Below are positions 1-9,329 of a DNA stretch of 64,000 nt, one piece after another (the first letter of the stretch is position 1; the number at the start of each line of letters is the position of its first letter). Below the pieces are notes generated by a model. It did no database searches. It was not told where the DNA came from and saw only the letters and a list, made by a program, of their open reading frames with translations. A program made the translations under genes and the position numbers. The stretch lies in NCBI GenBank assembly GCA_965232515.1, contig CBDDPY010000002.1, positions 2,848,001 through 2,912,000 on the forward strand, written 5' to 3'. This DNA comes from Alphaproteobacteria bacterium. Its GTDB lineage: Bacteria; Pseudomonadota; Alphaproteobacteria; GCA-2731375.

Positions 1-996
1 GGCGAGGCCGGACTGCTTTGCGCCACCATGCCGGTGGAGTATGGCGGCGCCGGGGCCGACTTCCGCTACAGCGCCGTCACCATCGAGGAGCTGGCGAAGG
101 TCGGCGCCACGGGGCCCGGCTTCTATCTGCATTCCGAGATCGTCGCGCCCTACATCCTGCACTACGGCTCGGAGGACCAGAAACGCGAGTTGCTGCCGAA
201 GATGGCAACCGGCGAGACCATCGGCGCCATCGCGATGACCGAGCCCGTGGCCGGCAGCGACCTGCAGGGCATCAAGACCACGGCCGTGCGCGACGGCAAC
301 CATTTCGTCATCAACGGCCAGAAGGTCTTCATCACCAACGGCCAGCTCGCCGATCTGGTGATTACGGTCACCAAGACCGACGCGACCGAGGGCGCCAAGG
401 GCGTGAGTTTGATTCTGGTCGAGCGCGAGCGTGAGGGCTTTGAGCGCGGCCGCAATCTCGAGAAGATCGGCTACAAGGCGCAGGACACATCCGAGCTGTT
501 CTTCGACAACGTGCGGGTGCCGATCACCAATCTGCTGGGCGAGGAAGGCAAGGGCTTCGTGCAGCTGATGGAGCAGTTGCCGCAGGAGCGCCTGCTGGTC
601 GCGATCCGCTGCGCCACGGCGATCGAGGCGGCGCTGGACGAGACCAACAACTACACCAAGGACCGCCAGGCCTTCGGCCGGCCGATCGCCAAGTTCCAGA
701 ACACGCGGTTCAAGCTGGCCGAGATCAAGACCGAGGCCACCGTCGTGCGGATTTTCGTGGACCGCTGCATCGAGATGCACCTGAAGGGCGAGCTCGATGC
801 GACGGACGCCGCCATGGCCAAGCTCTATACGACGGAACTGCTGAACAAGGTCCTGGACGAGTGCCTGCAGCTGCACGGCGGCTATGGCTATATGTGGGAA
901 TACCCGATCGCCCGCGCCTGGGCCGATGCCCGCATGTCCCGCATCGCCGGCGGCACGTCGGAGATCATGAAGGAGATCATCGGCCGCTCGCTGTAG
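1..996 (+). CDS. Acyl-CoA dehydrogenase (5'-partial, runs off window start)
   Basis: Frame open from base 1 (GEAGLLCATMPVEYGG). ACAD motifs AIAMTEPVAGSD, INGQKVFITNG, QLHGGYGY, IAGGTSEIMK. Confidence 0.95.
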   Translation, partial: GEAGLLCATMPVEYGGAGADFRYSAVTIEELAKVGATGPGFYLHSEIVAPYILHYGSEDQKRELLPKMATGETIGAIAMTEPVAGSDLQGIKTTAVRDGNHFVINGQKVFITNGQLADLVITVTKTDATEGAKGVSLILVEREREGFERGRNLEKIGYKAQDTSELFFDNVRVPITNLLGEEGKGFVQLMEQLPQERLLVAIRCATAIEAALDETNNYTKDRQAFGRPIAKFQNTRFKLAEIKTEATVVRIFVDRCIEMHLKGELDATDAAMAKLYTTELLNKVLDECLQLHGGYGYMWEYPIARAWADARMSRIAGGTSEIMKEIIGRSL

Positions 997-1077
997 AGGC
1001 AAGGGGGTGGGGGCCGCGCCCGGGAAACAACGGAACAACCCCATGCAAAGGGGGATTCGGGGGTCAAAGGGGACGGA

Positions 1078-2670
1078 TTGATGGGGAATTCGACAAAACC
1101 GGCGGCGCGGTTTTCCCGCATGGCGGACATGATCCGCCACCACGCCAGCGAGCGCGGCGACAAGGTGGCGCTGATCTTCGAGGGCCGCGAGACCCGCTAC
1201 CGGCAGCTCGACGACACCGCGAGCCGCATCGCCAACGCGATCATCGCCGACGGCGTCCAGCCGCAGGGCCGGGTCGCGATCCTGGCCAAGAACACGGATG
1301 CCTTCTTCGAACTCTACTACGGCGCCTGCAAGGCCGGCGCCGTGCTGGTGCCGGTGAATTTCCGCCTGGCGCCGCCCGAGGTCGCCTTCGTGGTCAACGA
1401 TGCCCAGGCCGACCTGCTGTTCGTCGGGCCGGATTTCTACGAGCTGGTCGAGGGCATCCGCAACGACCTGACGACGGTGAAAAAGATTGTCGCTTTGCCG
1501 GACCTTGACGGCAACAGTCACGGCGTCTGGACGGGCTACGACGACTGGCACGGCGCGCACGATGCGGCCGATCCCCGGCGCGACGGCGCGCCGCACGAGA
1601 CCTGCATACAAGTCTATTCCAGCGGCACCACGGGCCACCCCAAGGGCGTCGAGATCACGCACGACAATTTCATGACGCTGTTCGCGGTCGCCATCGAGGA
1701 CTGGGGCAACTGGCGGGTCGACGATGTCTCGATGGTGGCGATGCCGCTGTTCCATGTCGCCGGCAACGAATGGGGTTTCGTCGGCTTCTACATGGGCGCG
1801 ACCAACGTGCTGATGGCCGACGTGGACCCGGCCGCGATCCTGCGGACGATTCCCGAATACGGCATCACCAAGACGCTGTTCGTGCCGGCGGTCATCCTGT
1901 TCCTGCTGCAAACGCCCGGCTGCCGGGAGACCGACTTCTCCAGTCTGGAATCCGTGCTCTACGGCGCCTCGCCGATCCCGCTGCCGGTGCTGCAGGAAGC
2001 GGTCGAGGTGATCGGCTGCGACTTCGCGCAGGTCTACGGCCTGACCGAAACCAGCGGCGCCGTCACCTATCTGCCGCCGGAAGACCATGACGGCGGCGAG
2101 CGCATGAAGTCCTGCGGCAAGCCCATGCGCTCGGCCGAGATCCGCGTGGTCGACGACAACGGCGACGACTGCCCGCCCGGCACGGTCGGCGAGATCATCG
2201 TCGCCGGCGGCCAGATCATGAAGGGCTATTGGAACCTGCCCGAGGAGAGCGCCAAGGCGATCCGCGGCGAGTGGTTCCATTCCGGCGACGCCGGCTATTT
2301 CGACGAAGACGGCTATCTCTATATCCACGACCGCCTGAAGGACATGATCGTCTCCGGCGGCGAGAACATCTATCCGGCCGAGGTCGAAAGCGCCATGGCC
2401 GCCCATCCCGACGTCGCCGACATCGGCGTGATCGGCATCCCCGACGACAAGTGGGGCGAAACGGTCCTCGCCATCATCGTCGCGAAGGACCCGTCCTCAC
2501 CGCCGAGCGAAGCCGCCCTCGACGCCTTCGCCCGCGAACGCCTCGCCGGCTACAAGGTCCCCCGCCGCTACGCCTTCACCGACGCCCTCCCCCGCAACCC
2601 CTCGGGCAAGATCCTCAAACGCGAGCTCCGCAAGCCCTACTGGGAGGGGCAAGAGCGGCAGGTGCATTGA
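1078..2670 (+). CDS. Long-chain fatty acid--CoA ligase (ANL/AMP-binding)
   Basis: YSSGTTGHPKG P-loop, YGLTETSG, HSGDAG, DRLKDMIVSGGENIYP, PRNPSGKILK. Start may be the ATG at 1081. Confidence 0.93.
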   Translation: MMGNSTKPAARFSRMADMIRHHASERGDKVALIFEGRETRYRQLDDTASRIANAIIADGVQPQGRVAILAKNTDAFFELYYGACKAGAVLVPVNFRLAPPEVAFVVNDAQADLLFVGPDFYELVEGIRNDLTTVKKIVALPDLDGNSHGVWTGYDDWHGAHDAADPRRDGAPHETCIQVYSSGTTGHPKGVEITHDNFMTLFAVAIEDWGNWRVDDVSMVAMPLFHVAGNEWGFVGFYMGATNVLMADVDPAAILRTIPEYGITKTLFVPAVILFLLQTPGCRETDFSSLESVLYGASPIPLPVLQEAVEVIGCDFAQVYGLTETSGAVTYLPPEDHDGGERMKSCGKPMRSAEIRVVDDNGDDCPPGTVGEIIVAGGQIMKGYWNLPEESAKAIRGEWFHSGDAGYFDEDGYLYIHDRLKDMIVSGGENIYPAEVESAMAAHPDVADIGVIGIPDDKWGETVLAIIVAKDPSSPPSEAALDAFARERLAGYKVPRRYAFTDALPRNPSGKILKRELRKPYWEGQERQVH

Positions 2671-2930
2671 GCGGGATCGCGGCGCATTGTCGCTTGCGGC
2701 TATCCCCGACAGCTCCAGACCCTCTCACGTCAAACCGCACGTCGGATGCAGAACGCCGTGTGGCGGCGCGAAATCGTCTGCAGTTGGCGACGAAGACAAG
2801 CAACGGTCCATTCATGCCGACAGCGCACCGCGTTCAGAGACGAAGTCGAAGCAAATCTTTGTAAATAACGAGTGGGTTTGCCGGCCAATACTCGGAAAAA
2901 CTTCCATCAAAAACTAACGGCCGTCTGAAT

Positions 2931-2960
2931 TTGACAGCCTTGGTTCGGGCAAGGAATACT
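2931..2960 (+). promoter_or_regulatory. Candidate sigma70 promoter of the ABC operon
   Basis: TTGACA (2931-2936), 18-nt spacer, AATACT (2955-2960); GGAGG RBS before ATG 2987. Confidence 0.45.
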
Positions 2961-2986
2961 ATTGCGCCTGGGAGGGGTTACCGATC

Positions 2987-4543
2987 ATGAAAACTGAGTA
3001 TCAAAGACACCATGCATCTGCTTTGGTGAAAGCAGCGTTCGCGGTTTTCGCCGCTGTCGCTTCCATTTTGACGATCACGCCGTTCGCCTACGCCGCGGAC
3101 GACATGCTGCGGGTTCGGATCGGGTCGGATGTGGGCGTGCTGGACCCGGCGCGCATTTTTGGCATCGAGAACCAGACCGTCGCGGGGCACATCTATAACG
3201 GCCTCGTCAAATACGATCAGGCGACCAATAAGATCATGCCGGATCTGGCGAGCGAATGGTCCGTGTCGGACGACGGCACCGAATACACCTTCACGCTGCG
3301 CGACGGCGTCACCTGGCACAAGGGCTATGGCGAGCTCACCGCCGACGACGTCAAGTTCTCGCTGGAACGCGTCCTCGATCCGGAGACGAAGAGCCGCTAC
3401 GCGGGCCAGCTCGCCGGCGTGACCGCGGTCAAGGCCGTCGACAAGCTGACCGTCAAGGTGATGCTCGACAAGCCGAACGCGGGTCTGCTGAACAAGCTGA
3501 CCGCCTTCAACCAGGGCTGGATCGTCTCGCGCAAGGCCGTGACGGACATCGGCGACAAGAACTACCAGATGCAGCCGATCGGCACGGGACCCTTCGTGTT
3601 CGAGAAATGGACGCCCGGCAACCAGGTCACGGTCACCGCCAACCCGGACTATTTCGAGGGCGCCCCGAAGATCTCGGGCGTCACTTTCAAGCTGATCAAG
3701 GACGAGACGGCGGCGGCGATCGCGCTGGAGAACGGCGAGATCGACATCTTCTTCGCCCTGCAGCAGCCGGTGATCATCGACCGGCTGAAAAACGCCAAGG
3801 GCGTCACCGTGCACGACCGGCCGGCGAACCACACCATCAACCTGGTACTGAACACGTCGAAGAAGCCGCTGGATAACGTGAAGGTGCGCCAGGCCATCGC
3901 CTACGGCGTCAACCGCGAAGGCCTGATTCAGGGCTACTTCAAGGGCACCAAGGCCATGGGCCACAGCGTGCTGACCTCGTCGTTCCCGGAATACACCGAG
4001 GACGTACCGCAATACCCGCACGATCCGGAAAAGGCGAAGGCCTTGCTGGCGGAATCGGGCGTCGGCACGTTCGAGCTGGAGCTGGTGAGCGTGGGCCTCA
4101 GCCCGTACGACCAGCTGATCATTCCGGTCGCGAACGACCTCAACAAGATCGGCATCGAGACCAAGATCACGATCCTGGAACGCGGCGCGTACCTGCAGGC
4201 ACGCACCAAGGGCGACGTCATGACCGTCGTCACCGGCGTGGTCGGCCCGCCCGATCCGGATTCGCCGCTGGTGACGCTCTACGCCACCAAGTCGTTCCCG
4301 CCTGGCCTGAACACGGCGCGCTACGACAAGGCGGACGACCTGCTGGCCCAGGCCGCCGGCGAACTGGACGCCGACAAGCGCACCGGCATCTACCGGCAGC
4401 TCCTGAAGCAGACCATGACGGACGTGCCCGTGCTGCCGCTCTACGCCGACCGGCTGTTCATCGCCCATTCCGATGCGGTGACCGGCTTCGTGCAGAACTC
4501 GCTGTTCACGATGCACTCGTATTCGGTGTCGCTGAACCGCTAA
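2987..4543 (+). CDS. ABC transporter substrate-binding protein, family 5 (Dpp/Opp/Nik type)
   Basis: Signal peptide; IYNGLVKYD, PDLASEWSVSDDGTEYTFTLRDGVTWH, PIGTGPF, KVRQAIAY. Confidence 0.95.
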   Translation: MKTEYQRHHASALVKAAFAVFAAVASILTITPFAYAADDMLRVRIGSDVGVLDPARIFGIENQTVAGHIYNGLVKYDQATNKIMPDLASEWSVSDDGTEYTFTLRDGVTWHKGYGELTADDVKFSLERVLDPETKSRYAGQLAGVTAVKAVDKLTVKVMLDKPNAGLLNKLTAFNQGWIVSRKAVTDIGDKNYQMQPIGTGPFVFEKWTPGNQVTVTANPDYFEGAPKISGVTFKLIKDETAAAIALENGEIDIFFALQQPVIIDRLKNAKGVTVHDRPANHTINLVLNTSKKPLDNVKVRQAIAYGVNREGLIQGYFKGTKAMGHSVLTSSFPEYTEDVPQYPHDPEKAKALLAESGVGTFELELVSVGLSPYDQLIIPVANDLNKIGIETKITILERGAYLQARTKGDVMTVVTGVVGPPDPDSPLVTLYATKSFPPGLNTARYDKADDLLAQAAGELDADKRTGIYRQLLKQTMTDVPVLPLYADRLFIAHSDAVTGFVQNSLFTMHSYSVSLNR

Positions 4544-4571
4544 CCCGCGTTCGGAAGCGGTTGGGGTCGCC

Positions 4572-5513
4572 GTGGTCAAATACCTGGCGCAACGTTTGTT
4601 GCTGATGGGCATCACGGTCACCGGCATGGTGACCGTGGTGTTCTTTCTGCTGCGGCTGATCCCCGGCGACCCGGCGGAATACATGCTGGGCGACTACGCG
4701 ACCGAGGAAAGCCTGGCCGCGCTTCGGGCCGAACTCGGTCTCGACCTGGCGATCCACGAGCAATACCTGCGCTTCATGGGCCGGGCCTTCAGCGGCGATC
4801 TCGGCACCTCGGTCGTGACCGGCCAACCGGCGCTGGACGAGGTGCTGGCGAGCCTGCCCTGGTCGGCTGCGCTGGCGCTGGCCGGCATCATCATCGCGGT
4901 GGTGATCGGCGTCCCGCTCGGGGTCATATCGGCGGTGCGGCAGGGCAGCTGGACCGATCTCGGCGTCATGCTGATCGCGCTCGCCGGTATTTCCTTTCCG
5001 GTGTTCTGGGTCGGCCTTGTCGGGATTTTGATCTTCGCGCACGAGCTGCCGCTGTTCCCGGCACTCGGCGCCAGCTCGTCCGACAACGTGCTGACGCAGC
5101 TGCACCATCTGGCGCTGCCGGCGCTGGTGCTCGGCACGTCGGTCGCGGCCTATATCGCGCGGCTGACGCGCTCGGCCATGTTGGAGGTGCTGGGACAGGA
5201 ATATGTCCGCGTCGCCCGGGCCATGGGCGTGCGCGAGACCCGCGTGGTCTACCGCCTGGCGCTGCGCAACGCGCTGATCCCGGTGCTGTCGGTCATCGGC
5301 GTGACCTTCGCCTGGTCGCTCGGCAGCGCAATCCTGGTCGAGGCCGTGTTCAGCCGGCCCGGCCTCGGCTCGATGATCCTGAAGGCGATCTTCGCGCGCG
5401 ACTATCAGCTCGTACAGGCCGGCGTGATGGTGCTGTCGCTCGCGGTCGTCCTGATCAACACCAGTCTCGACATTGTCTACGGCATCGTCGATCCGCGGGT
5501 GCGCACGGGATGA
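4572..5513 (+). CDS. ABC transporter permease (DppB/OppB type)
   Basis: LIPGDPA, GDLGTS, EAA loop EYVRVARAMG, RDYQLVQ, DPRVR. Confidence 0.95.
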   Translation: MVKYLAQRLLLMGITVTGMVTVVFFLLRLIPGDPAEYMLGDYATEESLAALRAELGLDLAIHEQYLRFMGRAFSGDLGTSVVTGQPALDEVLASLPWSAALALAGIIIAVVIGVPLGVISAVRQGSWTDLGVMLIALAGISFPVFWVGLVGILIFAHELPLFPALGASSSDNVLTQLHHLALPALVLGTSVAAYIARLTRSAMLEVLGQEYVRVARAMGVRETRVVYRLALRNALIPVLSVIGVTFAWSLGSAILVEAVFSRPGLGSMILKAIFARDYQLVQAGVMVLSLAVVLINTSLDIVYGIVDPRVRTG

Positions 5514-6400
5514 CCGACGCTTCGACGACGGCGCCGGCGCGCACGGCCTTTGGCGGCATCCGGTCCCGCTATCTGCGTCATCCGGGATTCATGACCGGCC
5601 TGATCGTTATCGCGGCCATATCCATCGTCGCCATCGGCGCGCCCGTCTTCGCGCCCTACTCGCCGCTGGAAACCGACATGCTGAAGACGTTGGCGCCGCC
5701 GTCATGGGAGCATCCGCTGGGCACCGACCAGTTCGGCCGAGACGTGCTGTCGCGGCTGATCTGGGGGGCGCAGATCTCGCTTCAGGTCGCGGCCATGGTG
5801 GTGGTGATCTCGCTGACATTCGGGACGCTGATCGGCGCCGTCGCCGGGTATGCCGGCGGCTGGGTGGAGCGTGTCATCATGGTCGGCAACGACATCCTGC
5901 TGGCGTTTCCCGGCTTCCTGCTGGCGCTGGCGCTGGTGGCGGTGCGGGGGTCGTCGCTCGAATCCGTGATCCTGGCCGTCTCGATCGCCTATACGCCGCG
6001 GGTCGCGGCGGTGATGCGCTCGGTCGTGCTGACGATCAAGCCGCGCCCCTATATCGAGGCCAGCCAGGCCATCGGCATGACGGCGAGCCGCGTGCTGTTC
6101 GTACATGTCATCCCGAACGCCCTGCCGCCCGTCATCGTCGTCGCTACGGTCAGCGCCGCGACCGCGATCCTGGCGGAGGCCGGCCTCAGTTATCTCGGCC
6201 TCGGCGTGCAGCCGCCGGCCGCGACCTGGGGCAACGTGATCTCGGACGGGCAGAGCTACATCATCTCCAATCCCTGGATCTCGATCTCCGCCGGCGCCTG
6301 CATCGCCATCGTCGTGATCGCGCTGAACCTGCTGGGCGACGGCCTGCGCGACACGCTGGACCCGCAGATGCGCCGCTATGCCGGCTCGCGGATGTTGTAG
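5510..6400 (+). CDS. ABC transporter permease (DppC/OppC type)
   Basis: HPLGTDQFGRDVLSRLIWG, YIEASQAIG, LSYLGLGVQPP, NLLGDGLRDTLDP; ATGA overlap with upstream gene. Confidence 0.95.
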   Translation: MTDASTTAPARTAFGGIRSRYLRHPGFMTGLIVIAAISIVAIGAPVFAPYSPLETDMLKTLAPPSWEHPLGTDQFGRDVLSRLIWGAQISLQVAAMVVVISLTFGTLIGAVAGYAGGWVERVIMVGNDILLAFPGFLLALALVAVRGSSLESVILAVSIAYTPRVAAVMRSVVLTIKPRPYIEASQAIGMTASRVLFVHVIPNALPPVIVVATVSAATAILAEAGLSYLGLGVQPPAATWGNVISDGQSYIISNPWISISAGACIAIVVIALNLLGDGLRDTLDPQMRRYAGSRML

Positions 6401-6404
6401 CGCC

Positions 6405-7424
6405 ATGCCGGACGGAACCCCGCAAGCGACATACGCGCTAGACGTGCGGAACTTGCGCACGGCCTTCCCGACCGACACCGGCACCATTGCCGTGGTCGAC
6501 GACGTCTCGCTGGCGATCCGGCCGCGCGAGACCCTGGCCGTCGTGGGCGAGTCCGGCTCCGGCAAGACCATGACTTTCCTGTCTGTGCTGGGCCTGACGC
6601 CGCCGCCCGGCAAGGTGGTCGGCGGCGAGGTCCTGTTCGGCGGCCGGGACCTGACCAAGCTGTCGACGGAAGAACTTCGCGACATCCGCGGCGCCGGCAT
6701 CGCCATGGTGTTCCAGGACCCGCTGACGGCGCTGAACCCGGTCTTCACCATCGGCGCGCAGATCGTCGAGGTGATCCGCGCGCACCGGCCGGTCGGCCTT
6801 CGGGAAGCGCGAGAGCAGGCCGTCGAGCTGCTGGCCCGCGTGCATATTCCCGACCCCGCCCGCCTTATCGACAACTATCCGCATCAACTGTCTGGCGGCA
6901 TGCGGCAGCGCACGCTGATCGCCATGGCGATCGCGCTCGAGCCGGCGCTGCTGATCGCGGACGAACCGACGACGGCGCTCGACGTGACGGTGCAGGCGCA
7001 GATCCTGGAACTGCTGGCCGAGCTGCGGGAGTCCTATGACATGGGCATGGTGCTGATCACGCACGACCTGGGCCTGGTGGCGAAATACGCCGACCGCATG
7101 GCGGTGATGTATGCCGGCCGCGTGGTCGAGTATTGCGAGATCCACGAGGGCTTCGCGGCGGCGCGGCACCCCTACACCCATTCGCTGCTGCGCAGCATTC
7201 CCCGGCTCGACGCGCCCGCCGGCGAGGATCTGGCGGCGATTGAAGGCCAGCCGCCGAACCTGGAGACGTTGCCGCCGGGCTGCGCCTTCCGGCCACGCTG
7301 CTTCCTCGGATCGGAACGCACGGATTGCGCGGCCGAACGGCCGGCGTTGATGCCGACCGACCGCGACGCGCATTTGAGCGCCTGCCTGCATTGGCGCGCG
7401 CTTTCGGCCGGCGGGAGTCAGTGA
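6405..7424 (+). CDS. ABC transporter ATP-binding protein (DppD/OppD type)
   Basis: Walker [37 protein letters not shown]. Start re-assigned to ATG 6405 after upstream stop. Confidence 0.93.
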   Translation: MPDGTPQATYALDVRNLRTAFPTDTGTIAVVDDVSLAIRPRETLAVVGESGSGKTMTFLSVLGLTPPPGKVVGGEVLFGGRDLTKLSTEELRDIRGAGIAMVFQDPLTALNPVFTIGAQIVEVIRAHRPVGLREAREQAVELLARVHIPDPARLIDNYPHQLSGGMRQRTLIAMAIALEPALLIADEPTTALDVTVQAQILELLAELRESYDMGMVLITHDLGLVAKYADRMAVMYAGRVVEYCEIHEGFAAARHPYTHSLLRSIPRLDAPAGEDLAAIEGQPPNLETLPPGCAFRPRCFLGSERTDCAAERPALMPTDRDAHLSACLHWRALSAGGSQ

Positions 7425-8491
7425 CGGCCATGGCGGAACCAATGACCGGCGACGCGGACGTGCTGCTGCAGATGGCGCGCGTCAGCAAGACGTTCAGCAA
7501 GTCGGAAGGCCTGTTCAGCCGCCGACGCCACACGGTCAAGGCGGTCGACGACGTGACGTTCACGCTTTACCGGGGCGAGACCCTGGGCCTGGTCGGCGAG
7601 ACCGGCAGCGGCAAGAGCACGCTCGGGCGCCTGGCGCTGCGACTGCTCGCGCCCGACGGCGGCCGCATCGAATTCGACGGCACCGACACCACGGACCTGT
7701 CGCCGCGCCAAGTCCGCCCGCTCAGGCGCAGGGCGCAGATGGTGTTCCAGGACCCCTACGGCTCGCTCGATCCCCGCAAGAAGGTGTCGTCGATCCTGGC
7801 CGAGCCGCTGGTCGTGCATGGCCTCTGGGACAAGGACGGCCAGCAGCGGCTGCTGGACATCCTGGACAAGGTCGGCCTGCAACCGGCGCACCTCGATCGC
7901 TATCCGCACGAGTTCTCGGGCGGGCAGCGCCAGCGCATCGGCATCGCCCGCGCCATGGTGCTGAACCCGGATCTGTTGGTGCTGGACGAGCCGGTCTCGG
8001 CGCTTGATGTCTCGATCCAGGCGCAGATCATCAACCTGCTGCGCGCGCTGCAGCGGCAGGCAGGACTGACCTTCCTGTTCATCGCCCACGATCTGGCCGT
8101 TGTGCGGCATGTCAGCGATCGGGTCGCGGTGATGTATCTCGGCCGGATTGTCGAGATCGGTCCGCGCGACGATCTCTACCGCGCGCCGCGCCACCCTTAT
8201 ACCGTCTCGCTGTTGTCGGCCGTACCGGTGCCGGACCCGGATCTCGAGCGCCAGCGAACCCGCGTGCTGCTGCATGGCGAGATCGGCTCGGCCACGGACA
8301 TGCCCGGCGGCTGCCGCTTCCATCCGCGCTGCTACAAGGCCCGGCTGCTGGCCGACCGGCCCGATGTCGAGACGGTCGCCGCCAAGGACGGTACCCGGCT
8401 GCCGCGCGCCTGCGTCGAGCGGGCGCCCGAGCTTGCCGGCGACAACGGCCATCTGGCGGCATGCCATTTCCCGGAAGCCGCGAGCGATTAG
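7421..8491 (+). CDS. ABC transporter ATP-binding protein (DppF/OppF type)
   Basis: GETGSGKST, FSGGQRQRI, LDEPVSALD, HPYT, GCRFHPRC, ACHF. GTGA overlap at 7421; ATG 7430 is an alternative start. Confidence 0.93.
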   Translation: MTAMAEPMTGDADVLLQMARVSKTFSKSEGLFSRRRHTVKAVDDVTFTLYRGETLGLVGETGSGKSTLGRLALRLLAPDGGRIEFDGTDTTDLSPRQVRPLRRRAQMVFQDPYGSLDPRKKVSSILAEPLVVHGLWDKDGQQRLLDILDKVGLQPAHLDRYPHEFSGGQRQRIGIARAMVLNPDLLVLDEPVSALDVSIQAQIINLLRALQRQAGLTFLFIAHDLAVVRHVSDRVAVMYLGRIVEIGPRDDLYRAPRHPYTVSLLSAVPVPDPDLERQRTRVLLHGEIGSATDMPGGCRFHPRCYKARLLADRPDVETVAAKDGTRLPRACVERAPELAGDNGHLAACHFPEAASD

Positions 8492-8546
8492 GCACCCACA
8501 TCGGGCGCGCAGGTTGTATGATTTGGATAGTGGTCAGGAGAACGGA

Positions 8547-9308
8547 ATGAGCGACGCGATCAGGGTATTCTGGCAACCGCATTGAACCAGCTGTCTCCGG
8601 GTTAAGGATTACCTGTCGGTCCGTGGGATCGAATTCGAATCCGTAAACGTGCTGGAAGAGAGCGGTATGGCGGCGCTGCAGGCGCTCGGCGCGCGTAGCG
8701 TGCCCGTGGTGTCGAAGGGCGACAAGTTCGTCTTCGCGCAGGTCATCAAGGATGTGGTCGACTTCCTGGAGCTCGAGGACGACACCGCGCCCGAGCTGTC
8801 GCCGGACGCGCTGGCGGCACGCTATGACGGCATCCTGGAAACGGCGATCCGGTTGACGCGGCAGATGCCAGACGCGCGCCTCGAGGACGAGCTGCCGAAC
8901 CGGCCGCGATCCTGGCGGGTGCTGATGCACCATGTCTTCCAGATCCCGGTGGCGTTCCTCGACATGGAGGAAACGGGCGCGACGCTGACCTACGAAACCA
9001 TGGTGGCGCCGCCGCCGGACGACATGACCAGCAGCGCCGACATCGCCCGGTTCGGCGAGGCCGTGCGCGCCCGCTTCCAGGATTGGTGGGCGGACGCCAG
9101 GGGTGGCGACTTTTCGGGCGACGTGCCGACTTACTTCGGCGCCACGTCGCGGCACGAGATGCTGGAACGCACGGTCTGGCATTCGACCCAGCACGTGCGC
9201 CAGGTCGCCTCGCTGTTGCAGCAGGCGGGTGTCACGCCGGACCGGCCGCTGACGGCGGCCGATATCGAGAACTTGCCGCTGACCGAGGCGGTTTGGGACG
9301 AGACCTGA
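8547..9308 (+). CDS. Probable selenoprotein: glutaredoxin-like (UxxC) domain fused to DinB-like domain; in-frame TGA at 8583-8585
   Basis: RBS CAGGAG (8535-8540), ATG 8547, then MSDAIRVFWQPH-TGA-TSCLRVKDYLSVRGIEFESVNV in frame with the 8649-9308 ORF. Grx cis-Pro motif RSVPVV; DinB-like His motifs LMHH and WHSTQH. Confidence 0.8.
8606..8642 (+). promoter_or_regulatory. Candidate bacterial SECIS hairpin
   Basis: Upper stem TCGGTCC/GGATCGA (8616-8632, one G-U) with GTG apical loop; lower stem GGATT/AATCC. Loop G is 37 nt after the TGA. Paired by eye only. Confidence 0.45.
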
Positions 9309-9329
9309 TACGGACGAGGAAGGACGAAC

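Noticed and set aside
997-1077. G-run-rich spacer (possible G-quadruplex)
   Set aside because: Irregular loops and expected at this GC content; no independent support.
2671-2930. 260-nt intergenic stretch with short ORFs on both strands
   Set aside because: No RBS, motif or convincing structure; may be a decayed fragment but cannot be supported.
2978-4684. Long antisense ORFs (also 8112-9875, 26661-29234, 30632-32197, 56187-58079)
   Set aside because: Shadow frames of high-GC genes with no recognisable motifs.
8649-9308. Standalone 219-aa ORF starting at GTG 8649
   Set aside because: No RBS and it starts mid-glutaredoxin fold; ATG 8547 with TGA read-through explains the sequence better. 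A pseudogene reading is not fully excluded.
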